DNA of 64,000 nucleotides, taken from the NCBI GenBank assembly GCA_964631375.1, contig CAZVYQ010000004.1:12910-76909 (forward strand), written 5' to 3'. Shown here one piece after another: positions 19,909 through 28,948 of the stretch (position 1 is its first letter; every line of letters starts with the position of its first letter). A program made the position numbers and the translations under genes. The notes under the pieces were generated by a model that was not told where the DNA came from, did not search any database, and saw nothing but the letters and a program-made list of their open reading frames with translations. The DNA comes from an uncultured Lachnospiraceae bacterium. Its GTDB lineage: Bacteria; Bacillota; Clostridia; Lachnospirales; Lachnospiraceae.

Positions 19909-19999
19909 GTGTTTTTTACTTTATTATCCGATGCAGAAAGGGTATACTGTAAGGAAGGGAGGAATCACCATGGAACGTATATGATATGGTGCATGAGAT

Positions 20000-20332
20000 A
20001 TGGAGAAAAAGCTAAGAGATTATATCGTGTATATTGAAACCTTGATTGCAAAGCAAGAAGTGTGGGATGTAGGAGAGCATGATAAAGTACAAAGGGATAT
20101 GTTGGTACAGATTGGATTTTTCCAGCATGAGAGGTTGATTCACCTAATTGTGACAGTGACTTTTGCAATCCTGACAGTTGGTTCTCTGATTGCCTGTTTG
20201 TTGTTGCAGATGCTCGCTCTATATTGTCTGACGTTACTTTTGATAATTCTTTTGATTCCCTATATCAGACATTATTACATATTGGAAAATGGTGTACAGA
20301 AGTTATATGCACTTTATGAGGAAATGAAATGA
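20000..20332 (+). CDS. Small two-TM membrane protein of unknown function
   Basis: 110-aa ORF whose stop overlaps the alpha-galactosidase start (ATGA). Two hydrophobic helices. Confidence 0.4.
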   Translation: MEKKLRDYIVYIETLIAKQEVWDVGEHDKVQRDMLVQIGFFQHERLIHLIVTVTFAILTVGSLIACLLLQMLALYCLTLLLIILLIPYIRHYYILENGVQKLYALYEEMK

Positions 20333-22662
20333 TCGAATCAAACAACCAACTTTTTTATCTGACAACCACACATACCAGTTATTGGTTTCGGGTGACTCCG
20401 TATGGTCATTTGGAGCATGTTTATTATGGGCCGCGTGTAGAGAGACAGTCTATGGAGTGCTTTGCCATGAAACAGGTCGTTCAATGGGGCACTACGGTAC
20501 TTTACAGTAAGGAAAGTGATACCTATAGTCTCGATACGATGTGTCTGGAATGGTCTGGAATGGGACGGGGAGATTTCCGCAGAAGTCCGATGGAGATCAA
20601 AATGCCGGATGGCAGTTTTGTACATGATTTTCGGTTTAAAAAAGCAATTACAAAGCATGGGACGGCTCCGATGGAAAGCCTGCCGACTGCTTATGCAAAT
20701 AAAGGCGACAGTATGTATCTGGATATCCTGCTGGAGGATGAGTCTAATCAGCTGGAACTGCATCTGATTTATACGGTTTATGAGAGTACAGATGTAATCA
20801 CAAGGCGTGCAGTGCTTGTAAACCGAAACGAAAAGACTGCAGTTTTGAGAAGAATGCTCAGTATGATGGTGGATATTCCGAACCGTGGCTATAGGATGAC
20901 TACCTTTGACGGCAGCTGGATCAGGGAGGCACATCGACATGACCGTGAGGTGCAGTATGGGATCACTCTGAATTCCTCCACGACGGGGAACAGTTCTAAT
21001 CAGCATAATCCGGGTTTTCTGCTGTCAGAGCGAAATGCCACTGAGGATCAAGGGTGGGTATATGGATTCAATCTCGTATACAGTAGCAATCATTATGGCT
21101 CCGTGGAGTTGAATTACAACGATATCGCGCGTGTTTCTATCGGGATCAATGATCATTGTTTTGAGTGGGAGCTACATCTTAACGAACAGTTTGAGTCACC
21201 GGAGGCAGTCATGACCTTTAGTGATGAAGGTTTGAATGGTGTCAGTCATCATTTTCATGATTTTATCAATGCACATATCATTCGTGGAGATTGGAAGCAC
21301 AAGGATCGACCGATTCTGATCAATAATTGGGAGGCAGATTTCTTTGATTTTAAACAACGAAAATTGATAAAATCGGCTGAACAGGCAAAAAAACTGGGGA
21401 TTGAATTGTTTGTCTTGGATGACGGTTGGTTCGGAGCGAGAAATAACGACAAGGCCGGACTGGGGGATTATCAGGTAAATCGAAAAAAACTTCCCGGCGG
21501 GATGGCAGGCTTGTCGAAACAGGTAAGGGCAGCGGGTCTGATGTTTGGACTCTGGTTTGAACCGGAGATGGTGAATGAAGACAGTGATCTGTATCGTGCT
21601 CATCCTGAATATGCGGTTACACTGCCGGGCAAGAATGCAACTTATGGGCGTAATCAACTGGTTCTAGACTTATGTAAACCTGAGGTGCAGGATTATATCG
21701 TTGAACAGGTCTCGCGAATTTTAGATGAGGCTCAGATTTCCTATGTGAAATGGGATATGAACCGTCATATCAGCGAAGCATACTCTGCAGTCTTACACAA
21801 TCAGGGAGAATTTTTTCACAGATATACCATTGGATTGTATCGTATCCTTAAACGGATCTTTGAACCAAGGAGCCATATTCTGTTAGAGAGCTGTTCCAGT
21901 GGTGGGAATCGATTTGATTTGGGTATGCTTTGCTACTCACCGCAGATATGGTGTTCAGATGATACGGATCCTGTGGAACGACTGACGATTCAGGGGGGAC
22001 TATCTTATCTCTATCCGATATCTGTCATGGGGGCACATGTGTCTGCCTCACCAAGTCAGCAGACGATTCGAAACACCGCTTTATCAACACGATTTAATGC
22101 AGCTGCATTCGGTTGTCTGGGATACGAGTTGGATCTGAAATGTCTTACTAAGGCAGAACAGAAAGAAATTGCAGAACAGATTGCATTTTATAAGGAGCAC
22201 CGGCATACCTTCCAATATGGTGTGTTTTCTCGGATAGATTATCCGAAGGATAATAAGGTGCAATGGCAGGTGTGTGAGCGGGATGGAAGTAAGGCAATTA
22301 CAGGCTTCTTCCAAACGCTGACGAGGGCAGCAGAGGGATATGATTATCTGCGTGTGACCGGTCTTAATCCGCAGAAGAAGTATTGTATGCAGACGAAATC
22401 ACAGCATCTCTATCTGGATCGATTCAAGGGATTGGCCAAGCATGTGATGCCTGTTAAACTCAATCCTGACGGAGTGATATTTCGAACTGCCAATCGACAC
22501 TATACATTACAGGATGGTGTGGAGGAGTATCATGGAACCGGCACGGTATTTGCAAGCGGAGTCATGTTGAATAACCAGTTTATCGGGAGCGGAATCAATG
22601 AACATGTACGTGTGCTGGGAGATTTCGGATCTAATCTATATGTGACCAAGGAGGAACCGTAA
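20329..22662 (+). CDS. Alpha-galactosidase, GH36
   Basis: GH36 hallmarks: FVLDDGWF, KWDMNR, CSSGGNRFD. Length is typical at 777 aa. Confidence 0.85.
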   Translation: MIESNNQLFYLTTTHTSYWFRVTPYGHLEHVYYGPRVERQSMECFAMKQVVQWGTTVLYSKESDTYSLDTMCLEWSGMGRGDFRRSPMEIKMPDGSFVHDFRFKKAITKHGTAPMESLPTAYANKGDSMYLDILLEDESNQLELHLIYTVYESTDVITRRAVLVNRNEKTAVLRRMLSMMVDIPNRGYRMTTFDGSWIREAHRHDREVQYGITLNSSTTGNSSNQHNPGFLLSERNATEDQGWVYGFNLVYSSNHYGSVELNYNDIARVSIGINDHCFEWELHLNEQFESPEAVMTFSDEGLNGVSHHFHDFINAHIIRGDWKHKDRPILINNWEADFFDFKQRKLIKSAEQAKKLGIELFVLDDGWFGARNNDKAGLGDYQVNRKKLPGGMAGLSKQVRAAGLMFGLWFEPEMVNEDSDLYRAHPEYAVTLPGKNATYGRNQLVLDLCKPEVQDYIVEQVSRILDEAQISYVKWDMNRHISEAYSAVLHNQGEFFHRYTIGLYRILKRIFEPRSHILLESCSSGGNRFDLGMLCYSPQIWCSDDTDPVERLTIQGGLSYLYPISVMGAHVSASPSQQTIRNTALSTRFNAAAFGCLGYELDLKCLTKAEQKEIAEQIAFYKEHRHTFQYGVFSRIDYPKDNKVQWQVCERDGSKAITGFFQTLTRAAEGYDYLRVTGLNPQKKYCMQTKSQHLYLDRFKGLAKHVMPVKLNPDGVIFRTANRHYTLQDGVEEYHGTGTVFASGVMLNNQFIGSGINEHVRVLGDFGSNLYVTKEEP

Positions 22663-24047
22663 TGAAAACAAATCACAATAAGTATACCTTTGGACTTGGG
22701 ACGATAGGACGAGACATGGTGTATACGATGGTTAGCATGTATTTGATCTATTATCTGACCGATATCCTGAGTCTTCCGACCTCAAGTCTCTGGTGGATTA
22801 CGGGGATCATGCTTTGCTGTAGGATTTTTGATGCGTTAAATGATCCGATTATGGGTGTCATTGTAGATAATACGCATGGCAGGTATGGTAAATTTAAGCC
22901 TTGGATTGCACTTGGAGCATGTCTGTCAGGAATCGTCACTGTACTGCTTTTTACTGATATGGGTTTGACCGGAGCAGGATATGTGGTTTTATTTGCCATA
23001 CTCTATCTGTTTTGGGGGATTACATATACGATCAATGATATTTCTTACTGGTCTATGCTGCCTTCATTAAGTCTTGATCAGAAGGAACGTGAGAAGATCG
23101 GTGCATTTGCAAGGATCTGTGCGGATATCGGTCTTTTCTTTGTTGTGGCTGGAATCGTACCGATTACGACAGCACTCGGAGAGACTCTGGGAAGTTTACA
23201 GAGAGGGTATCTGGCATTTGCAGCGATCGTCGTCATAGTGATGTGGCTGGGACAGTGCATTACAATCTTTGGTGTTAAGGAGACAGTTGTAGCCGTGGAT
23301 GCAGCGGCAGAGCATACTACACTTAAGAATATGGTTGAGGTCATATACAAGAATGATCAGCTTCTTTATACAGCGATTTCGATGGCACTTTTTATGATAG
23401 GTTATACAACAACGACCAGTTTTGGTATTTACTACTTCAAATATGCTTATGGAAATGAAGAGATGTATTCCATATTTGCACTGATTCTTGGGGTTTCACA
23501 GATCGTAGCGTTGATTGTGTTTCCACTGTTCAGTAAACGTTTAGAGAGAAATAAGCTGTATTTTGGTGCCACCTGTCTGGTGGTAATCGGTTATATCATT
23601 TTCTTTTTCGCACCAACGAATACCATGATCTTCATCGGAACGGCGGGGGTATTGATCTTTATTGGAGAGGCATTTATTCAGTTGCTGATGCTGATGTTTT
23701 TGGCAGATACAGTTGAGTATGGGTATTGGAAGTTTGGAAAGCGAAATGACAGCGTGACTTTTTCACTCCAGCCCTTTATCAACAAGATGGGCGGAGCCGT
23801 AGCGAGTGGGGTGGTAGGTGCCATTGTAATCATATCGGGCATCAAGGATGCCACATCAGCGGCGGATGTTTCAACCGGAGGATTGACGATCATGAAAGCG
23901 GCGATGTTTATCTTTCCACTGATCTGTATCGTAATTGGGTATCTACTGTATCGCTCAAAATATAAGATTGACAGCGAATTATATAATCAAATTATTCAGG
24001 AACTAAAGGAACGTGGTGCAATATCCACAAAATCATCTGAAAGATAA
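22662..24047 (+). CDS. Glycoside-pentoside-hexuronide (GPH):cation symporter, MelB-like
   Basis: Twelve-TM profile. N-terminal GLGTIGRDMVYTMVSMYLIYYLTD and DALNDPIMG motifs. Confidence 0.8.
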   Translation: MKTNHNKYTFGLGTIGRDMVYTMVSMYLIYYLTDILSLPTSSLWWITGIMLCCRIFDALNDPIMGVIVDNTHGRYGKFKPWIALGACLSGIVTVLLFTDMGLTGAGYVVLFAILYLFWGITYTINDISYWSMLPSLSLDQKEREKIGAFARICADIGLFFVVAGIVPITTALGETLGSLQRGYLAFAAIVVIVMWLGQCITIFGVKETVVAVDAAAEHTTLKNMVEVIYKNDQLLYTAISMALFMIGYTTTTSFGIYYFKYAYGNEEMYSIFALILGVSQIVALIVFPLFSKRLERNKLYFGATCLVVIGYIIFFFAPTNTMIFIGTAGVLIFIGEAFIQLLMLMFLADTVEYGYWKFGKRNDSVTFSLQPFINKMGGAVASGVVGAIVIISGIKDATSAADVSTGGLTIMKAAMFIFPLICIVIGYLLYRSKYKIDSELYNQIIQELKERGAISTKSSER

Positions 24048-24074
24048 ATTCATAGGAGATGGAGTTGACAGAAA

Positions 24075-25970
24075 ATGAATCAGTTATTGACACCAGAAAG
24101 TAAACTAAAGGAAATCTATGCTCATCCTGTGGGACATGATATTATCCACAGAGTGTTGACAGCCCTTCGCTTAAAGGACGGATTGGTCAACAATCCGATT
24201 GTCGGCAATATGAAGCTACAGGTTCTGTCGAGCCTGCTCAAGAAAAACCTTGGAGATTATGCCTCTCTGCTGACATTGCTCAATACGGAGCAGGATGTAC
24301 CGGCACAGGGAACGGGAGAGATCAAGGAGGCATGGTGGAAGGAAGCCGTATTCTATCAGATCTATCCCCGCAGCTTCATGGATTCAGATGGTGACGGAAT
24401 CGGCGATTTACAGGGGATCCTGTCAAAACTGGATTACCTAAAGGAACTGGGAGTAGATGTATTATGGCTTTCACCGATCTATGACTCGCCCAATGATGAT
24501 AACGGATATGATATCAGGGATTATCAAAAGATCATGCAGGATTTTGGCTCAATGCAGGATTTTGATGTATTGCTTGAGGAAGTACATAAACGGGATATGC
24601 GGTTGATCATGGATCTGGTCATCAATCATACCTCTGATGAACACAGATGGTTTCAGGAGGCACTAAAGGATCCCAAATCTAAATATCGCAATTATTATCA
24701 TTTCCGTCCGGGTAAGGGTGGTAAGAATCCCCCAAATAACTGGAATTCCTTTTTTTCCGGTTCAGCATGGAACTATTATGAGGAACAGGACGTATGGGCA
24801 TTGCATCTCTTTTCCAAGAAGCAGATGGATCTAAACTGGGACTGTAAACAGATGCGAAAGGAAATCCTGGATATGATCCGGTGGTGGCTGGATAAAGGCA
24901 TCGATGGTTTTCGTATGGATGTGATTAATTATATCTCCAAGACAGAGGGGCTTCCTGACGGAAGTGAGACGATCGGTGAGTTGATTGGTTATCGAGGAAT
25001 CGAGAATTACTTCTATGGACCTCATCTACACGAATATCTGCGTGAGATCCGCAGCAAGGCTTTTGAGCCATATCAGGCTTTCTCTGTGGGAGAGATGCCG
25101 GGTATCGGCATGGAAATGTCCAAGCTTTTGACAGGAGATGATCGTGGAGAGTTGGACATGATGTTTTCATTTGATCATTTGGAGACACCCGGATTTAATC
25201 GATTTGATCGTTATCGATATGATTTAAATTATCTGAAGGAGTATCTGATCGACTATGCCGAGCATTATGGAAATCACTGCCACATGGCATTGTTTTATAA
25301 CAATCACGATAATCCCAAGTTTATCTCAAAGGTTGATCCAGATGGTGCCTATAGAGAGGTGCTGGCTAAGATGATGGCGGTGATCCAGTTTACCAGTCGT
25401 GGAACACCATATCTGTATCAGGGGGATGAGATCGGTACCGTGAACCAGATGTTCCATTCGATTGATGAATTAAAGGATGTGGAATCACTGAATCTATATG
25501 AACAACTGATCAACGAACGTGGGATGACAAAGGAAATGGCATTTGAGACAGTTCTGTCAGGCACCCGTGATCATGCAAGAACCCCCATGCGGTGGGATGC
25601 CACCCCAAATGGTGGGTTTACTACAGGCACTCCATGGATTCAGGGAGATCGCGATTATGAATACTATAATGTAGAACAGGAAAGCAAGGATCCGGACTCT
25701 GTCCTGAATTTCTATAAGAAGCTGATTGCATTCAGAAAAGAAGAAAAGGCATTTGTATACGGGAAAACTGAATTTGTCAAAAAACATGTAAAAAACTTTT
25801 TCTTATATTACCGAAGTTACCAAGACAGATGCTTTTTTATTGAGTGTAATTTGTCACCAAAGATCAAGGAGCGGTTTGTTGATACGAAAAAATATCAGCT
25901 GTTGATCTCTAACTATGATACGATCAGCAATGATATGATGCCCTATGAGGCCAATATCTATCTTGCATAG
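24075..25970 (+). CDS. GH13 alpha-glucosidase / oligo-1,6-glucosidase family, with an N-terminal extension of about 85 aa
   Basis: WWKEAVFYQIYPRSF, DGDGIGDL, GFRMDVI, VGEM and NHDN motifs. Confidence 0.85.
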   Translation: MNQLLTPESKLKEIYAHPVGHDIIHRVLTALRLKDGLVNNPIVGNMKLQVLSSLLKKNLGDYASLLTLLNTEQDVPAQGTGEIKEAWWKEAVFYQIYPRSFMDSDGDGIGDLQGILSKLDYLKELGVDVLWLSPIYDSPNDDNGYDIRDYQKIMQDFGSMQDFDVLLEEVHKRDMRLIMDLVINHTSDEHRWFQEALKDPKSKYRNYYHFRPGKGGKNPPNNWNSFFSGSAWNYYEEQDVWALHLFSKKQMDLNWDCKQMRKEILDMIRWWLDKGIDGFRMDVINYISKTEGLPDGSETIGELIGYRGIENYFYGPHLHEYLREIRSKAFEPYQAFSVGEMPGIGMEMSKLLTGDDRGELDMMFSFDHLETPGFNRFDRYRYDLNYLKEYLIDYAEHYGNHCHMALFYNNHDNPKFISKVDPDGAYREVLAKMMAVIQFTSRGTPYLYQGDEIGTVNQMFHSIDELKDVESLNLYEQLINERGMTKEMAFETVLSGTRDHARTPMRWDATPNGGFTTGTPWIQGDRDYEYYNVEQESKDPDSVLNFYKKLIAFRKEEKAFVYGKTEFVKKHVKNFFLYYRSYQDRCFFIECNLSPKIKERFVDTKKYQLLISNYDTISNDMMPYEANIYLA

Positions 25971-26004
25971 AGGTGATTTGTACCTGTCAGATCCAAAACA
26001 TAAG

Positions 26005-26033
26005 ATGACAAAATGTGCAAATAATGCTATAAT
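26005..26033 (+). promoter_or_regulatory. Sigma-A-type promoter with an extended -10
   Basis: ATGACA, a 17-nt spacer, then TGcTATAAT. A 7-bp inverted repeat gtacata/tatgtac (26055-26075) follows in the leader. Confidence 0.5.
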
Positions 26034-26107
26034 ATTTCGATACAGAGACACAAGGTACATAGTAACCATATGTACATTTGTTCAATAACGATTACGGAGG
26101 TAATAAT

Positions 26108-27451
26108 ATGGGTTTGATTCAGGCAGTAAAGGGAGCTTTGACGGGGGAGCTAGCTGATCAATGGCGGGAGTATTTCTACTGTGAGTCCTTGGAAGCAGAT
26201 GTACTCGTGACAAAGGGTGTAAAAAGAGTAGATCCCAAGAGAAGCTCTAACACAAAAGCAAATGACAACATTATTTCCAATGGTTCTATTGTTGCTGTCA
26301 ATGACGGACAGTGTATGTTGATCGTAGAACAGGGAAAAGTCGTGGAGTTCTCCGCAGAGCCGGGCGAATTCATATATGATGTATCAACAGAGCCCAGTTT
26401 GTTTTATGGTGGTTTGGGAGCAGGATTAAAGAAGTCTTTTGAGACATTTGGCAAGCGTTTTACATTTGGCGGAGATACTGCTAAGGATCAGAGAGTTTAT
26501 TATATCAATACAAAGGAACTGCCGGGTAATAAGTATGGCACACCCAATCCGGTTCCGTTTAGAGTGGTTGATAAGAATATCGGACTGGATATCGATATCG
26601 CGATTCGTTGTCATGGTGAATATTCTTACAAGATTATCGATCCTTTGCTGTTCTATACAAATGTAACCGGCAATGTTGAGGATGAGTATGACAGAACAGA
26701 GATTGACAGCCAGTTGAAGACAGAGCTAATGACAGCATTACAGCCTGCATTTGCAAAGATATCTGATATGGGTATCAGATACAGTGCACTTCCCGGACAC
26801 ACCATGGAGATGGCAGATGCGTTGAATGAAGTATTGTCAAAGAAATGGTCAGAGCTTCGCGGACTTGCAATTGTATCCTTTGGTGTCAGCTCAGTAACTG
26901 CATCCGATGAAGATGAAAAGATGATTAAGGAGCTGCAGCGTAATGCAGTTATGAAGGATCCGACAATGGCAGCAGCCACATTGACAGCAGCACAGGCACA
27001 GGCTATGCAGAGTGCGGCAGCGAATGAGAGTACTGGACCGATGATGGCTTTTGCTGGTATGAATATGGCAAGTATGGCAGGCGGTATGAATGCGAATAAT
27101 CTGTACGCTATGGGAGCACAGCAACAGGCGGCAGCACCGACAGCAGCACCGACACCTCAAGCAGCAGCACCACAGGCAGCAAGTGGCTGGACGTGTGCAT
27201 GCGGCAAGACAGGCAATACAGGAAAGTTCTGTGCAGAGTGTGGAACCCCAAGACCGGATGAGAATGGCTGGACATGCACATGTGGCGTTGTCAACAAAGG
27301 GAAGTTCTGTTCAGAATGCGGAAAGCCGAAGCCGGCAGGAGCACCGACCTACAAATGCGATAAATGTGGATGGGAGCCAGAAGACAAGATGAATCCTCCG
27401 AAGTTCTGTCCGGAATGTGGAGATCCATTTGATGATAACGACAAACAGTAG
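26108..27451 (+). CDS. SPFH/band-7-like protein with an A/Q-rich linker and three C-terminal zinc ribbons (COG4260-type)
   Basis: GGAGG lies 7 nt before the ATG. C-terminal WTCACG..FCAECG, WTCTCG..FCSECG and YKCDKCG..FCPECG. Confidence 0.6.
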   Translation: MGLIQAVKGALTGELADQWREYFYCESLEADVLVTKGVKRVDPKRSSNTKANDNIISNGSIVAVNDGQCMLIVEQGKVVEFSAEPGEFIYDVSTEPSLFYGGLGAGLKKSFETFGKRFTFGGDTAKDQRVYYINTKELPGNKYGTPNPVPFRVVDKNIGLDIDIAIRCHGEYSYKIIDPLLFYTNVTGNVEDEYDRTEIDSQLKTELMTALQPAFAKISDMGIRYSALPGHTMEMADALNEVLSKKWSELRGLAIVSFGVSSVTASDEDEKMIKELQRNAVMKDPTMAAATLTAAQAQAMQSAAANESTGPMMAFAGMNMASMAGGMNANNLYAMGAQQQAAAPTAAPTPQAAAPQAASGWTCACGKTGNTGKFCAECGTPRPDENGWTCTCGVVNKGKFCSECGKPKPAGAPTYKCDKCGWEPEDKMNPPKFCPECGDPFDDNDKQ

Positions 27452-27584
27452 GAACATATTGTTTGATCAGGTTGTGAATACATGAGCAAGGCGTCAATAA
27501 AGTAAGAGTATATTGCTTTATCAGATTGTAATTACAGAATAGAGTAGACATAATTAGTTTACATAAAGACATTGAATTCAAGCG

Positions 27585-27805
27585 TAAGTATCCGTACAGA
27601 GAGACATTCCTATGAATCGAATGCATGTATCCGGATATGGGAAGCAGGGTGCAATTCCCTCACGAACCCGTCACTGTAAAGTCAGAAAACCAGCTTGGAT
27701 GAATGTACAAAGAACCACGTGGAATTGGTGTTCGTACAGAAAAGAGAGTTTAATAGCCCTCTGTCTCTGCGTGCTGGATACGTGAAGACAGAGGGCTTTG
27801 TATTG
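27585..27805 (+). promoter_or_regulatory. Cobalamin (B12) riboswitch with a terminator expression platform
   Basis: ATGGGAAGCAGGGTGCAATTCCCTCACGAACCCGTCACTGTAA matches the conserved aptamer core GGGAA..GGTG.AA.TCC..CCCG.CACTGTAA. A B12-box-like AGTCAGAAAACCAGC follows, then a strong terminator. Confidence 0.65.
27755..27805 (+). terminator. Riboswitch-associated intrinsic terminator
   Basis: 12-bp perfect stem agccctctgtct / agacagagggct followed by tttgtatt. Confidence 0.7.
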
Positions 27806-27857
27806 GATATGTTTGGAAGTACACGTTTACAATAACATCAAATCGGAGGAACAGAAT

Positions 27858-28283
27858 ATGTCTGAACAGCAGAGTAAGAATGACAGAAGGAATAGGAAGC
27901 TTCCACTCATAATAGGATTTGTGCTGGTAGTTGTATTGGTTGCTGTCATGGGGATTTTATATATCAAGAGCCGACCACAGACACAGGCAGGGGACAAGGA
28001 GATTACGTTGGTTGTGGTTCATGCAGATGAGAGCCATAAGGAGTTTGAAATCCATACGAATGAGGAATATCTGCAGGGAGCCTTACAACAGGAACAGCTG
28101 ATAGACGGAACAGAGGGAGACTATGGACTGTATGTCTTAACTGTTGATGGAGAGACAGTCGATGAAACAAAACAACAGTGGTGGTGTCTGACCAAGAACG
28201 GCGAAGCACATACGCTTGGTGTTGGAGAGACGCCAATTGCTGACGGAGAACAATATGAATTTACATTCACAACAGGATGGTAA
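27858..28283 (+). CDS. Membrane-anchored DUF4430 (transcobalamin-like beta-domain) protein
   Basis: One N-terminal TM helix. DUF4430-like pattern: GLYVLTVDGE...WWCLTKNGE...ADGEQYEFTF. GGAGG RBS before the ATG at 27858. Confidence 0.55.
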   Translation: MSEQQSKNDRRNRKLPLIIGFVLVVVLVAVMGILYIKSRPQTQAGDKEITLVVVHADESHKEFEIHTNEEYLQGALQQEQLIDGTEGDYGLYVLTVDGETVDETKQQWWCLTKNGEAHTLGVGETPIADGEQYEFTFTTGW

Positions 28284-28332
28284 TTTAGAGCAAGACGAGA
28301 AAACGCTCGGCGTGGCGACAGTAACAGGAGAC

Positions 28333-28845
28333 ATGACGGCTCGGAAAAGAATTATGTCAGTTTATGATATGGTTCTGTATGCGTTACTGGCGGCTCTTTT
28401 GCTTGTTGTGCAGATTTCTCTTGCTTTTTTGCCCAATATCGAACTGGTATCCTTGCTTTTGATTGTGTATACACGTGTTATTGGAAGAAAAGCGCTGATA
28501 CCACTTTATATATTTGTCCTTGTTGAAGGATTGATCTATGGATTTGGACTGTGGTGGATCAATTACCTGTACATTTGGACGATCTTAGTCATAGCAGTCA
28601 TGCTGCTTCGTAAAATAGAATCGGTATGGTTCTGGGCAATTGTTGCCTGTATTTATGGATTGTGTTTCGGAACCCTCAGTTCCATTCCCTATTTCTTCAT
28701 AGGAGGAATTCCTATGGTGGTCACCTACATCCTAAATGGAATCCCATTTGACCTGTTACACGGATGTGGTAACTTCTTGACTACGCTGATACTGGTGAAG
28801 CCACTCTATTATGCGTTATTTGGCGTTTGTTACAAAGCAAGATAG
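28333..28845 (+). CDS. Polytopic membrane protein, candidate vitamin-capture (ECF S-component-like) protein
   Basis: Five to six TM helices, about 170 aa, directly downstream of the riboswitch-controlled DUF4430 gene. The start is uncertain (28333 or 28354). Confidence 0.35.
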   Translation: MTARKRIMSVYDMVLYALLAALLLVVQISLAFLPNIELVSLLLIVYTRVIGRKALIPLYIFVLVEGLIYGFGLWWINYLYIWTILVIAVMLLRKIESVWFWAIVACIYGLCFGTLSSIPYFFIGGIPMVVTYILNGIPFDLLHGCGNFLTTLILVKPLYYALFGVCYKAR

Positions 28846-28948
28846 TAATTCTCCAAAAAGCAAACATATATTTACACAATCATTCAAAATTGCAATAAAA
28901 GCTTAAATCATGGAATGATATGAGTCATAGGATAATGGAAAAACGAAC

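Noticed and set aside
20338-21006. 222-aa ORF on the minus strand inside the alpha-galactosidase gene
   Set aside because: It is entirely antisense to a well-supported GH36 gene. It has no RBS and an odd Cys/His/Arg-rich composition typical of a shadow frame.
26891-27392. Alternative-frame ORFs (89 aa on minus, 100 aa on plus) rich in Cys, Arg, His and Gln over the Ala/Gln-rich part of the SPFH gene
   Set aside because: They arise from the GCA/CAG-rich low-complexity DNA of the linker. The SPFH frame continues into three well-formed zinc ribbons.
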